A stretch of DNA of 64,000 nucleotides from an uncultured Lachnobacterium sp. (GTDB taxonomy: Bacteria; Bacillota; Clostridia; Lachnospirales; Lachnospiraceae), in assembly GCA_964449855.1 (NCBI GenBank), contig CAYVGA010000001.1, positions 7,348 to 71,347 on the forward strand. Direction: 5' to 3'. The notes beneath the pieces were generated by a model. It searched no databases. It saw nothing but the letters and a program-made list of their open reading frames with translations, and was not told the origin of the DNA. Positions 18,367 through 27,900 of this stretch are shown one piece after another (positions within the stretch are counted from its first letter, which is position 1; each line of letters starts with the position of its first letter). The translations under genes and the position numbers were made by a program.

Positions 18367-19428
18367 TTATTCATAAAACACAAATTCTTCATTTCCCAAC
18401 TTAATTGTATCCCCATCAAAAATTTGTATTTCGACTTCAACAGGTATTTGCTGATTATTAATATATGTATGATTTTTCGAATTCAAATCCTTTATATAGT
18501 AATTCTTATCCCGAACAATAATATCCGCATGACTTCTACTAACAGCATTGTTATTATTCACAAAATAATCCACATAACTCTTTTCTTTTCCTAATCGAAA
18601 CACCGCTTTATTAACAGGAATTCTTTCTCCAGTTAACACTCTATCCAAACTAGGGAAATGTTTCTCTTGCTTCAAACTTTCATTTTCACTCAAAAGACCG
18701 GTTTCTTCATAATCAAATTCATTTTCTAATAAAGGAACTGTATCCTCTCCTTCTTCTATTAATAAATCGGTTTTGTCACCTTCCTCTAATAAATCGGTTT
18801 TCTCATCCTCTTCACGATTAAAATGCCCATAATCATTTGTCATATAACCACTCTGTCCAACATTGTGCTTTTTTATGGTATTTACTACACTACGGTCTTC
18901 CTTTAAAACAAATTTTTCAATTGCATCTATCTCTAAAATATTAATATCTGCTAAAAAATAACGAAATCGTGAGATATATTCCATATCATTTTCCTGCATT
19001 GGTTTTGCAGAATAAATAACATTATTCAACATCTCCCCAACATCATTTTTCATTTTTGCATTTGACAAAGGTACATATAAAAAATGTAATTCTTTTGTAT
19101 TTTCATTAAAATAAATATTCTGTAAATCCGTGACCAAATGTTCTATTGGAAGTTTAGCATTCTTTATTTTTTGAACAGCAACTACCATATGCTCAATTAC
19201 AAACAAAAAATCTCTTTTTGATATAGGCCTTTTCAATCTTTCAAAGAGACTACTTCCAATTGGTCCACTATACTCTACCTGATTTTTCTTTATTTTCTTT
19301 GCTTTTAAAAATCCTCTTAAAAAAATCCTCGAAAAATTATCTAATACATTTTCTTCTAGATTCTCTCCAAAAGAAGTTTTCACTCGAACAATAAGAGAAC
19401 AATCTTTTGACTTTACTTTTATTTTCAT
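18367..19428 (-). CDS. FHA-domain protein with DUF6382-like N-terminus and acidic T-x-x-L linker
   Basis: FRLGKE...VSRSHA...DLNSKNHTYIN FHA motifs; start moved to ATG 19428 (GAGGG RBS) to avoid overlap with the divergent gene. Confidence 0.85.
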   Translation of the reverse strand: MKIKVKSKDCSLIVRVKTSFGENLEENVLDNFSRIFLRGFLKAKKIKKNQVEYSGPIGSSLFERLKRPISKRDFLFVIEHMVVAVQKIKNAKLPIEHLVTDLQNIYFNENTKELHFLYVPLSNAKMKNDVGEMLNNVIYSAKPMQENDMEYISRFRYFLADINILEIDAIEKFVLKEDRSVVNTIKKHNVGQSGYMTNDYGHFNREEDEKTDLLEEGDKTDLLIEEGEDTVPLLENEFDYEETGLLSENESLKQEKHFPSLDRVLTGERIPVNKAVFRLGKEKSYVDYFVNNNNAVSRSHADIIVRDKNYYIKDLNSKNHTYINNQQIPVEVEIQIFDGDTIKLGNEEFVFYE

Positions 19429-19523
19429 CGTATTTTCCCTCATAAAACTCAAAACATAATATTCGATACTAAATAATATTATTAAGTATATTACTACAAT
19501 TCGACATTTTTTGCAATATGTCA

Positions 19524-19539
19524 GTTTGCAATTGCAAAC
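19524..19539. promoter_or_regulatory. Perfect 16-bp palindrome, candidate operator in the divergent promoter region
   Basis: GTTTGCAATTGCAAAC between the T7SS operon start and the XRE gene. Confidence 0.45.
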
Positions 19540-19616
19540 CCACGCATTGTTTATTACCAAATATGAAACTACTAAACTATAAAAAACAAACAGGTAGTAC
19601 ACAACGGGAGGTGCAT

Positions 19617-19853
19617 ATGCAGGAACAATACGCCCACAGATACAAAGAGATAGGGCTGAAAATTGCTTATTATAGAAAATTAAAGGGATATTCACAAATG
19701 AAATTCTCGGAAATGATTGATGTCAGTCGGACACATCTGAGCAATATTGAAGCTCCAAACAAACCAACTTCCATCTCTCTAGATTTACTTTTTAAAATCT
19801 CAGATGTACTTGAAATTGATATTCGAAAATTTTTTGAATTTACAGATTTATAA
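19617..19853 (+). CDS. XRE/Cro-C1 family HTH transcriptional regulator
   Basis: IGLKIAYYRKLKGYSQMKFSEMIDVSRTHLSNIE; RBS GGGAGG before ATG 19617. Confidence 0.88.
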   Translation: MQEQYAHRYKEIGLKIAYYRKLKGYSQMKFSEMIDVSRTHLSNIEAPNKPTSISLDLLFKISDVLEIDIRKFFEFTDL

Positions 19854-19864
19854 CAAAAACATAA

Positions 19865-19907
19865 AAAACTACTGTATCCCAATGTATTCTTTGGATACAG
19901 TAGTTTT
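19865..19907. terminator. Bidirectional intrinsic terminator
   Basis: AAAACTACTGTATCC...GGATACAGTAGTTTT between convergent genes. Confidence 0.85.
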
Positions 19908-19923
19908 ATTTTCAGTAATTAAA

Positions 19924-21348
19924 TTATTCACTTGTCTCTAAGCCAACCACCTTCGTGCCCTCAATCACCTTTTCAATATTATCCTTATACAGATCCATTG
20001 CTTCTACAATCGCACCAACAGATTTCTGGTTCTCTGAAGAATACTTCTGCATTTCTGCGACGCGTGTCTGCAAATCATGGAAAATCGTGTCGACTTCGTT
20101 TACATTGAGATTCTGTGTTTCGATGTTTTCATACAGTTTGCCAAACTGGCTGGTCAGACGGCCAAAGCTTTCCTGCAATTCGTTCATGGAAGTCTTGGAT
20201 TCTTCCAATGCTTTGGTACTGTCTGCAAACTGCTGTGCGGTTTCGCTGACTTCGGACATCAAGCCTTTGACCACTTCGGATACCTGCTCGGAAAAGATAT
20301 TGCTGTTATTCGAAAGCTGACGCATTTCAGAAGCAACGACTTCAAATCCTGCTCCACTTTCGCCTGCACGTGCTGCCTCGATAGAGGCATTCAGCGAAAG
20401 GATGGTCGTGTTAAAGGAAATATCACCAAGCTGGTCTGCCACGTCTGCAACTTCGCTCATCTTCTTCTCCATAGACTGAAAAACTGTGTTGGCTTCATTT
20501 ATGGTAGCTGCTACCGTGGCCAGATGCCTTTCCATTTCTGCCATATTCGTCTGATTTTCTCTTAAAGCAATTTCAAAACGCATCACTTCTTCATTTAAGT
20601 TCAAAATTGATTGTTGGGAAAGGAGGATGCGGTCCTGTACATCATTACAGCTTCCCTGCATATTTGCTGCGCTGTGTACGATGGAATATGAGCCTTTCTG
20701 CAGCTCGTTTGTATTGTTATTGATACGTTCTGAAGACTGGGCAAAATCATATTCGAGTTCTTCGCCCATATGCTTCATGGAATCCACCAGACCTTCCGCT
20801 TCTTTGGCGCGGTCTTCACCGATACCGATAAATGCTTTTCCACGTTTGATGGTCTGAATAAACAACACACCTGTCAAAACAAATTCTCCTAAACACTGAA
20901 TGTACTGTCCAAGCGGATCTGCTTTTTCCGGATGCAGAAGATACATTACGATCAAAGCAAGAGTACCTAAAACAAGCTGTACAATTGAATACTTTGGCTC
21001 CAAATACAAACCAGTCAATGCAATCACTGCCAAAAACATAATAAAATCGTCACTATAATATCCACCACTGTTGACACCGATAACAAAAATCAATACCAGC
21101 ATTCCGATGGAAATCACCATCTGTTTCATATCTTCCGTCGATTTGATTAATTTCAAAATGAAAAACACTGCCCCGAAAACTACGATTGTAACCCCAATCA
21201 TAATTGCCTGTGAAACTGCTCCACTAAACAAATTCTTAAAAAAGAATACCACAGATGTCAGCACAGCAACCATAAACATAATTTTAAAAATCTTTTCCTG
21301 TGTAATTGGTGCTTTCTTGTTTTGTATTTTTTCTTTCTTATCTTTCAT
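19924..21348 (-). CDS. Methyl-accepting chemotaxis protein with multi-TM sensor
   Basis: TTILSLNASIEAARAGESGAGFEVVASEMRQLS signalling-hairpin motif; about 6 N-terminal TM segments. Confidence 0.92.
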   Translation of the reverse strand: MKDKKEKIQNKKAPITQEKIFKIMFMVAVLTSVVFFFKNLFSGAVSQAIMIGVTIVVFGAVFFILKLIKSTEDMKQMVISIGMLVLIFVIGVNSGGYYSDDFIMFLAVIALTGLYLEPKYSIVQLVLGTLALIVMYLLHPEKADPLGQYIQCLGEFVLTGVLFIQTIKRGKAFIGIGEDRAKEAEGLVDSMKHMGEELEYDFAQSSERINNNTNELQKGSYSIVHSAANMQGSCNDVQDRILLSQQSILNLNEEVMRFEIALRENQTNMAEMERHLATVAATINEANTVFQSMEKKMSEVADVADQLGDISFNTTILSLNASIEAARAGESGAGFEVVASEMRQLSNNSNIFSEQVSEVVKGLMSEVSETAQQFADSTKALEESKTSMNELQESFGRLTSQFGKLYENIETQNLNVNEVDTIFHDLQTRVAEMQKYSSENQKSVGAIVEAMDLYKDNIEKVIEGTKVVGLETSE

Positions 21349-21425
21349 CTTAAAACCTCTGTCTTCATTGCATTTGGAACAGCTCAGCCTCCGCTGACTA
21401 TTACTTACATTTTGTTATTATTATA

Positions 21426-22553
21426 CTATAAAATGTACTTTTTCTCCATGATTTTATCCAACTTTTTCAGGTTTTCATCGGAGTGTTCCACTTCTCTTGA
21501 AAAACGATATAAGAGTTCTGTCATCTCTTCTTTTTCCAAATTCTTTCCATTTAACAGCCAGCACGCCATCCACAAAAGTTCTACCATCCATGTGCAGTAC
21601 ACGGACATCTGTACCTTTGCAAATACCTCTCCATCATAAACAGATCCCGGAAAATAGGTAAACAGAAAATATACCAGAATCTGTTCTAAATGAATATCCA
21701 CATCTGTATGCTCTGCCTTGTAAGTTTCAAACTCCCTGCGAAGCTGTGCATAAGATTCCTGCATGGTAAAAAACAAAGTATTCTGCGTTTTATGTAATAT
21801 CTCATCCCAATCCGCACGAAGTGTTTCTAACTGATAGAGTTTTTCAAACATTGCTTTTGTAACGTTTTCTTCTGTCGCTTTATCTTTCTGCGCCAAATAG
21901 TTCTTCACAAACGTTCTGGCTTTTTCGCTTTTATATTTTGCAATAACATCCGAGCAGGCAAACATTTCCGAACGATTGATACGCCCCTGCATATCATGTG
22001 CCATTCCAAGCACCAGCATGGTGCGTTCTTTGATTGGCAGATCGCGGTTTTGCAGAATGTCCAACATCTCTCTGCGGGCATCTTCCAAAATAGAGAATAA
22101 AAATGGATCAAAGTCTGAAAAATCTTCGGTTTCCTTGATTTCCGGTTTTTCTACTGTAATGAACTTCACCGGTTCCATCTGTTCCATCAAAATACGTGCG
22201 GCCTCCGGACAGGACATCGAGAGAGTAATTTCCCGCACACCTTCAAACTCCTCGATATGTCTCGGATATTCCCTGCATGTCTTGCACAGGCTGTCTTCTC
22301 CTGCATTTTTATAAAGTTCACACAAATTTTCCTTGTTCAAAAACGCACAGCGTTTGTTTTCATCCTGACGGAATGTGCCATTTTCCCAATCTACGCATCC
22401 CATAACCTTCCATACGTAGTCACCTTTGAACTTTTTATATTTTTTCATCGAGGCTTCATCAATCACTATCTGCCATCCCGCACAGCAGGTATCCTTGCAG
22501 TCGCCTGCTGCACATTTAAATTTTTCATAATAATCTGGTGTAGTGTAAATCAT
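21426..22553 (-). CDS. fliB: FliB-family flagellin lysine-N-methylase
   Basis: PDYYEKFKCAAGDCKDTCCAGW, CAFL, LCELY, CKTCREYPR and LSMSCPEAAR motifs. Confidence 0.75.
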   Translation of the reverse strand: MIYTTPDYYEKFKCAAGDCKDTCCAGWQIVIDEASMKKYKKFKGDYVWKVMGCVDWENGTFRQDENKRCAFLNKENLCELYKNAGEDSLCKTCREYPRHIEEFEGVREITLSMSCPEAARILMEQMEPVKFITVEKPEIKETEDFSDFDPFLFSILEDARREMLDILQNRDLPIKERTMLVLGMAHDMQGRINRSEMFACSDVIAKYKSEKARTFVKNYLAQKDKATEENVTKAMFEKLYQLETLRADWDEILHKTQNTLFFTMQESYAQLRREFETYKAEHTDVDIHLEQILVYFLFTYFPGSVYDGEVFAKVQMSVYCTWMVELLWMACWLLNGKNLEKEEMTELLYRFSREVEHSDENLKKLDKIMEKKYIL

Positions 22554-22581
22554 CTTTTGCTCACTCCTAAGTCTATTTATT

Positions 22582-22616
22582 AGTTACTGTTCACTCGTGC
22601 CTCGTAAACAGTAACT
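22582..22616. repeat. Short intergenic palindrome (REP-like)
   Basis: AGTTACTGTTCAC...GTAAACAGTAACT. Confidence 0.6.
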
Positions 22617-22701
22617 TTATTATATTACATTGACTTTTATTTTTCTATCGTGATATGATTTCTTTAAATAAAAGTAAATTCATATACAGGAGAAACATAC
22701 T

Positions 22702-23715
22702 ATGGAATATATTACACTTGGAAAAACAGGACTTCAAATCTCTCGTCTCGGATTTGGCGGTATCCCAATTCAGAAAACAGATACAGAAACTACAAAAACA
22801 CTGGTACAGGCTATGCTGGAAAAAGGAATCAATTACATCGATACTGCCAGAGGCTATACGGTCAGTGAAGAATTTTTAGGCTATTCCTTAGAAGGACTCC
22901 GCGATAAATTTGTGCTTGCTACCAAAAGCATGGCTCGTACCAAAGATGCGATGGCTGCTGATATCAAAATCAGTTTAACCAATTTAAAAACAGACTATAT
23001 TGACTTATATCAGGTACATAACCCAACTGCCGAACAGCTCGATCAGGTAACTGCTCCCGGCGGAGCACTGGAAGCACTCCTAGAAGCAAAAGCTGCCGGC
23101 AAAATCGGACACATCGGTGTAACTGCCCACACCACGGCTATTTTTGAAAAAGCGCTTGGTTATGATTGGGTAGAAACCATCATGTTCCCTTACAATATCA
23201 TCGAAAACCAGGGCGAAGCACTTATGTGCCAGTGTACCGAAAAAAATATCGGTTTTATCGTTATGAAACCTCTTGCCGGTGGTGCTATCGATGATCCGGA
23301 ACTGGCGCTCCGCTATATCTGTGCCAACCCGGATGTGAGTGTTGTAATTCCGGGCATGTATGATGTCAAAGAAATTGAGCAGAACCTTGCCGCAGTTGAG
23401 AATACTGCTCCTTTTACGGAAGCCGAATTACAGAAAATGGAGGATATCCGTACATCTCTTGGCACAAATTTCTGCCGCCGCTGCAACTACTGTCAGCCTT
23501 GTTCCGCAGGTATCGGTATCTCTGCCCTCTTTATTTTAGAAGGTTACTACGACCGCTATGGATTACAGGATTGGGCACAGGCGCGCTATGATGCCACTCC
23601 TATTAAGGCTAGCGCATGTATCCACTGTGGTGCGTGTGAACCTAGATGTCCTTACAATCTGCCGATTCGCCAGATGTTAAAGGGTGTTGCAGAAAAATTC
23701 GAAAATTTCACGTAG
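22702..23715 (+). CDS. Aldo/keto reductase with C-terminal 4Fe-4S dicluster
   Basis: LGKTGLQISRLGFG, YIDTARGY and DYIDLYQVH motifs; CRRCNYCQPC and CIHCGACEPRCP. Confidence 0.92.
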   Translation: MEYITLGKTGLQISRLGFGGIPIQKTDTETTKTLVQAMLEKGINYIDTARGYTVSEEFLGYSLEGLRDKFVLATKSMARTKDAMAADIKISLTNLKTDYIDLYQVHNPTAEQLDQVTAPGGALEALLEAKAAGKIGHIGVTAHTTAIFEKALGYDWVETIMFPYNIIENQGEALMCQCTEKNIGFIVMKPLAGGAIDDPELALRYICANPDVSVVIPGMYDVKEIEQNLAAVENTAPFTEAELQKMEDIRTSLGTNFCRRCNYCQPCSAGIGISALFILEGYYDRYGLQDWAQARYDATPIKASACIHCGACEPRCPYNLPIRQMLKGVAEKFENFT

Positions 23716-23732
23716 TAAAAATACCTTCTCCT

Positions 23733-23764
23733 AAAAAGACAGCAGATCGATTGGCTGTCTTTTT
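23733..23764. terminator. Intrinsic terminator
   Basis: AAAAAGACAGC...GCTGTCTTTTT; a second hairpin lies at ~23787-23823. Confidence 0.8.
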
Positions 23765-23852
23765 ACTTTATAAAAAAATATATAACAAAAGCTGCCGGCA
23801 ACGTTATGTTTACGACAGCTTTTATTTCTGTTTTATCTGCTATTTTTAGCGA

Positions 23853-24122
23853 TTATGCCATTCCTTTTTTCTTCATGTTATCGTAATACGTCTTGTAACG
23901 ATAACATGTTCTGCGGCTACATTCAGATTGTTCTACAATTTGTGCCATTGTAAGTCCCTGTTCATACAGTGCCACAAATGCATTGTATGATTTCTGCCAT
24001 TTTTCATTGTTTGGCTTTCTGCCAGCATTCTTTTTCAGCCTTAATTTTTCGATTTCTTTCTGCTGATCCTCAATGATATAATTCAATCGTTCAATTTCTT
24101 TCAAAGCTTCTTCTAATGTCAT
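23853..24122 (-). CDS. Small coiled-coil protein with resolvase/Hin-type HTH
   Basis: N-terminal heptads, then AGRKP arm and GLTMAQIVEQSECSRRTCYRY; RBS AGGAGA before ATG 24122. Confidence 0.7.
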   Translation of the reverse strand: MTLEEALKEIERLNYIIEDQQKEIEKLRLKKNAGRKPNNEKWQKSYNAFVALYEQGLTMAQIVEQSECSRRTCYRYKTYYDNMKKKGMA

Positions 24123-24194
24123 CTTCTTCGTCTCCTGTCGCGTCAAATATATTCTGTCAAAATTGTACCAAGAATTTATCATTGTGTCAATAAG

Positions 24195-24950
24195 TTATAA
24201 TGTTTTCTGCTTTTTGAAAAACTCATCAATCATCTGAATAATCTGCTCCGGCTTGGTGGTTTTCAAAATATAGCCTTCCGGCTTTAAGCTTAATACCTGC
24301 TGAATGCTTTCCTTATCATTTTTACCGGTAAGGAACATTACCGGAATGCTGCTGAATTCCGATTCCGAACGAATCATTTCCAACACCTGTTTTCCATTCA
24401 ATATTGGCATTTCATAATCCAAAAGCACCAAATCCGGACGGTTTGTAGAAAGATATTTGATTGCCATCGCACCGGAGTTTGCCAGAATTACCTGATAACG
24501 ATCTTCCAGCCAGCCTTTTACATTACGAAGCACTACACCGGAGTCATCCACAACCAAAATTTTTTTCTTGATGTGATTTCCATAAATTTTGATGTATTCA
24601 TCTATCTCGCTCACAACAGCTTTCACATCAATTGGTCTTTGATATTCCTTTTTTATGAGCTGTTTTGGTATCAGGCTACGAATATCCGATAATTCATTTA
24701 CATCCCCTACAATAAAAAATGGTGTATCATTTTCCAGTGCTTTGTCACGAAGAAAAATAATAGACTGTTGCTTTTTCAACAACTCTGCATCCACATAAAT
24801 CAATATCGCTGCAAGCTCTTCCTTTACTGCATTAATATCATTGACACTTGTACCTACATGAATAATATTGTAGCCCAATGCCTTTAACTGATCTTCAATC
24901 GAAATATTCAGATATCCACGTACTTCTGTAAAAACTAATATATTATGCAT
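24195..24950 (-). CDS. Response regulator (degenerate N-terminal receiver-like domain plus C-terminal receiver, no DNA-binding output)
   Basis: KILVVDDS, LVLLDYEMP, FLTG and YILK motifs. Confidence 0.88.
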   Translation of the reverse strand: MHNILVFTEVRGYLNISIEDQLKALGYNIIHVGTSVNDINAVKEELAAILIYVDAELLKKQQSIIFLRDKALENDTPFFIVGDVNELSDIRSLIPKQLIKKEYQRPIDVKAVVSEIDEYIKIYGNHIKKKILVVDDSGVVLRNVKGWLEDRYQVILANSGAMAIKYLSTNRPDLVLLDYEMPILNGKQVLEMIRSESEFSSIPVMFLTGKNDKESIQQVLSLKPEGYILKTTKPEQIIQMIDEFFKKQKTL

Positions 24951-24996
24951 AATTCCCAAGTCCTTTCACGGCTAATTTTATAACCAGTGCAGATTT

Positions 24997-27900
24997 TCAC
25001 GGCTGCGAAATATCTGCATAGTTACTTAACTTGTCAATAAGCTCATCTGCCAGATGCATCACGTCCTCCATAGCAACGTCGGCTACAAAAGCACTCAGTT
25101 CCACTACCCTGCTCTGCAATTGTTCCGGAAATACAAAACCTTCCAAACGCTGCATTGCATCATCTGCACCATCCAAATCAAAAGAATCCATCGCTTCTTT
25201 CAACTCCTGCAATGTCTGTATGATTTCTTCCAATGGTACGGAAGTCTTTTCCTGTTCTTTTTGTTTTGCAAATGGCTCTAAAATCGACTTATACTCCCTG
25301 TACAATGATAACACAGCAGGTGTCTCTTTTTCCAGTGTTTTTTTATCTGCTGCATTCCCTAATTTCTCTAAACGATAGAATTTTTCCGAAAGTTCTATTG
25401 CACCAATCATACGTGCCGTACTCTTTAAAGCGTGAACCTCTATCGTATAGTCACGAATCATTCCATCTGCAAGACATTTTTCCACTTTTGTGGATTTCTG
25501 GTCAATTAATTTGTAAAAATCTCCCAACAAACTTAAGAATAATTCTTTCGTACCGGAGTTTAAAATTCCCTCTTTAACATCCAGTCCTTCAATCACCAGT
25601 TCTTCCGGTGTTTCTGTAGAATCCGTTTCTACCTGCAGCATCTCCAGACCTTCGGTTACTACCAGTTCTTTTGGCAGCCATCTGCGGATACAATTGCACA
25701 ATTCCTTTAACTTGATTGGCTTTGGTACAAAGTCCGAAAATCCATTGGCAGCAAACAGTTCTCTCGCTTCTGTGGTCGCATTTGCCGACAAGGCCACAAT
25801 TGGAAGATTCTGAATGTGGGTATCTTCCATTTTACGTAAGGTACTTGTTGCCTCTACACCATCCATCACCGGCATCATATGATCCATAAATACAATGTCA
25901 TAAGATTTTTTCAAAATTTTATTAATCGCTTCCTTACCATTTTCAGCAGTGTCAATCTGCATACGCAATGGTTCTAACAAGCCTTTTGCCACCTTTAAAT
26001 TCATTTCATGGTCATCGACAATCAGCAACTTCGCATCCGGTGCTATAAAACGGAAAGCCTCTTCTTCTTTTGCCAAATGAATGTCTTCTCCATTGACCAC
26101 CTGACAGAAATTCAAACTGTAAAACGGCTTATTTATCAAAGTTGCCCGTTTGTCCGACAGATTCTGCTGCATTGGATTCTGTAATACGCAAAGTTTTGTA
26201 TCACAAGTATGCATTTTTTCACACAAATCCACCGTCAGCATTTCTGCATTATCTGTAAAAATAATCGATGCTTTTGCTTCTCCACTCCAAACAGATGCAA
26301 TATCCACCGTCTTCACACCATAGGCCTCTACCAGTTTCTGATATTGTTCTTCCAGCAATGGATGTACAAATGTACCACAGACAACCATCTCTTCACGCAT
26401 TTGTGGTTTTACGGATGCTGCTTTCTTTTCACTGCAGATTTTCTGTGGAAGTGTAAAATAGAAAATACTTCCCTTACCATATTCACTTGTCACACCAATA
26501 GTTCCGCCCATCAGCTCTACCATCTGCTTGGAAATCGAAAGCCCCAATCCCGTTCCTTCTTTGAAATGGTTTTTCTCTTTATCCACCTGTGCATATGTAC
26601 CAAACAATTTACCAATATCTTCTTCCTTGATACCCTGACCCGAATCCTCAATACGATAAGTCACTTCTACCGTTTCTGCGTCCAGTGGCTTTGTTTCTAC
26701 GGTCAGCTTGACAAAACCTTCATCTGTAAACTTAATCGCATTATTCATCAAATTGATAATAACCTGACGTATACGCTGTCTGTCACCGTAAAGTTTTTCC
26801 GGCAATTCTATATCAATATCATACAAGAGCTCTACCGGCTTTTCTCCAATACGATTCAAAAAAATCATAGACAAATCGTGGAACGATGACATCGGCTCAT
26901 ATTCATCCATAATGATATCCATCTTTCCTGCCTCGATTTTTGAAAAATCCAAAATATCATTGATAATCGTCAGCAATGCATCACCGGAACTGCGGATATT
27001 GTTTAAATACTCCCGCGTACTTTCCGGCAGATTTTCGCGAAGCAGAATATCTGTCATACCTACAATCGCATTCATCGGCGTACGGATTTCATGTGACATA
27101 TTTGACATAAATGCAGACTTCGCCTTGTTCGCTTCTTCTGCACGAACTTTTTCCGTTTCCGCGCGCTCTTTTTCACTTTCTGCACGGATCGCTTCTGCTT
27201 CTGCTCTTACCTTTTCTGCTTCTGCACGAGCCGCTTCCTTTTCGGCTCTTACTTTTTCGACTTCAACGCGATTCTTTTCTTCCTCTATCTGTGCCAAGAG
27301 CGTGTAATGCTCCGTTGTATCAATTAAAAGCATACTGTAGCCGATACTACGATTATTCTGCGTAATCGTTTCTACTTCTTTCTCATAATGTTTTTCTTTG
27401 ATATCCACACAAAAACTATAATCATAAAATAATTTAATCACATCACTCGAAACCATTTCGCTCTTTTCCAGTTCTGCCAGTTCTGGAAATAATTGCTTTG
27501 CCGCTGGATTGGCATCCAGATATCCATATTTATTATCCACAATAATCAGCGCATTGTCCGTATGTTCAATGACCCAGTCACGCCCGCGATCTGTTACATA
27601 AAAAAAGTTTCCACGAATTACACCCAAAACAATTGCCAGAATCGATAACGATGCTGCAATTGGTACAATATCATATGGGATTGCAAAAAATACTCTGATA
27701 TGTAATGCAACAGCAATAACAAACTGTGCCCCTGCCAAACGCGCAAGATTATAACGTTCTTCGATTGCTTTTACTTTAAACATACGAATTGTAGAAATAA
27801 TCATACCCAAAACCAGCATGATACACAGTGCGCAGTTTCTCACCATATAAAGTACGCTCGGAATCGTCTGCACCAGTGTAAATCCTATGCGTTCCAAAAT

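Noticed and set aside
19429..19695. Long N-terminal extensions of ORFs 18367..19695 and 19518..19853
   Set aside because: They would overlap head-to-head; better RBS-supported starts exist at 19428 and 19617
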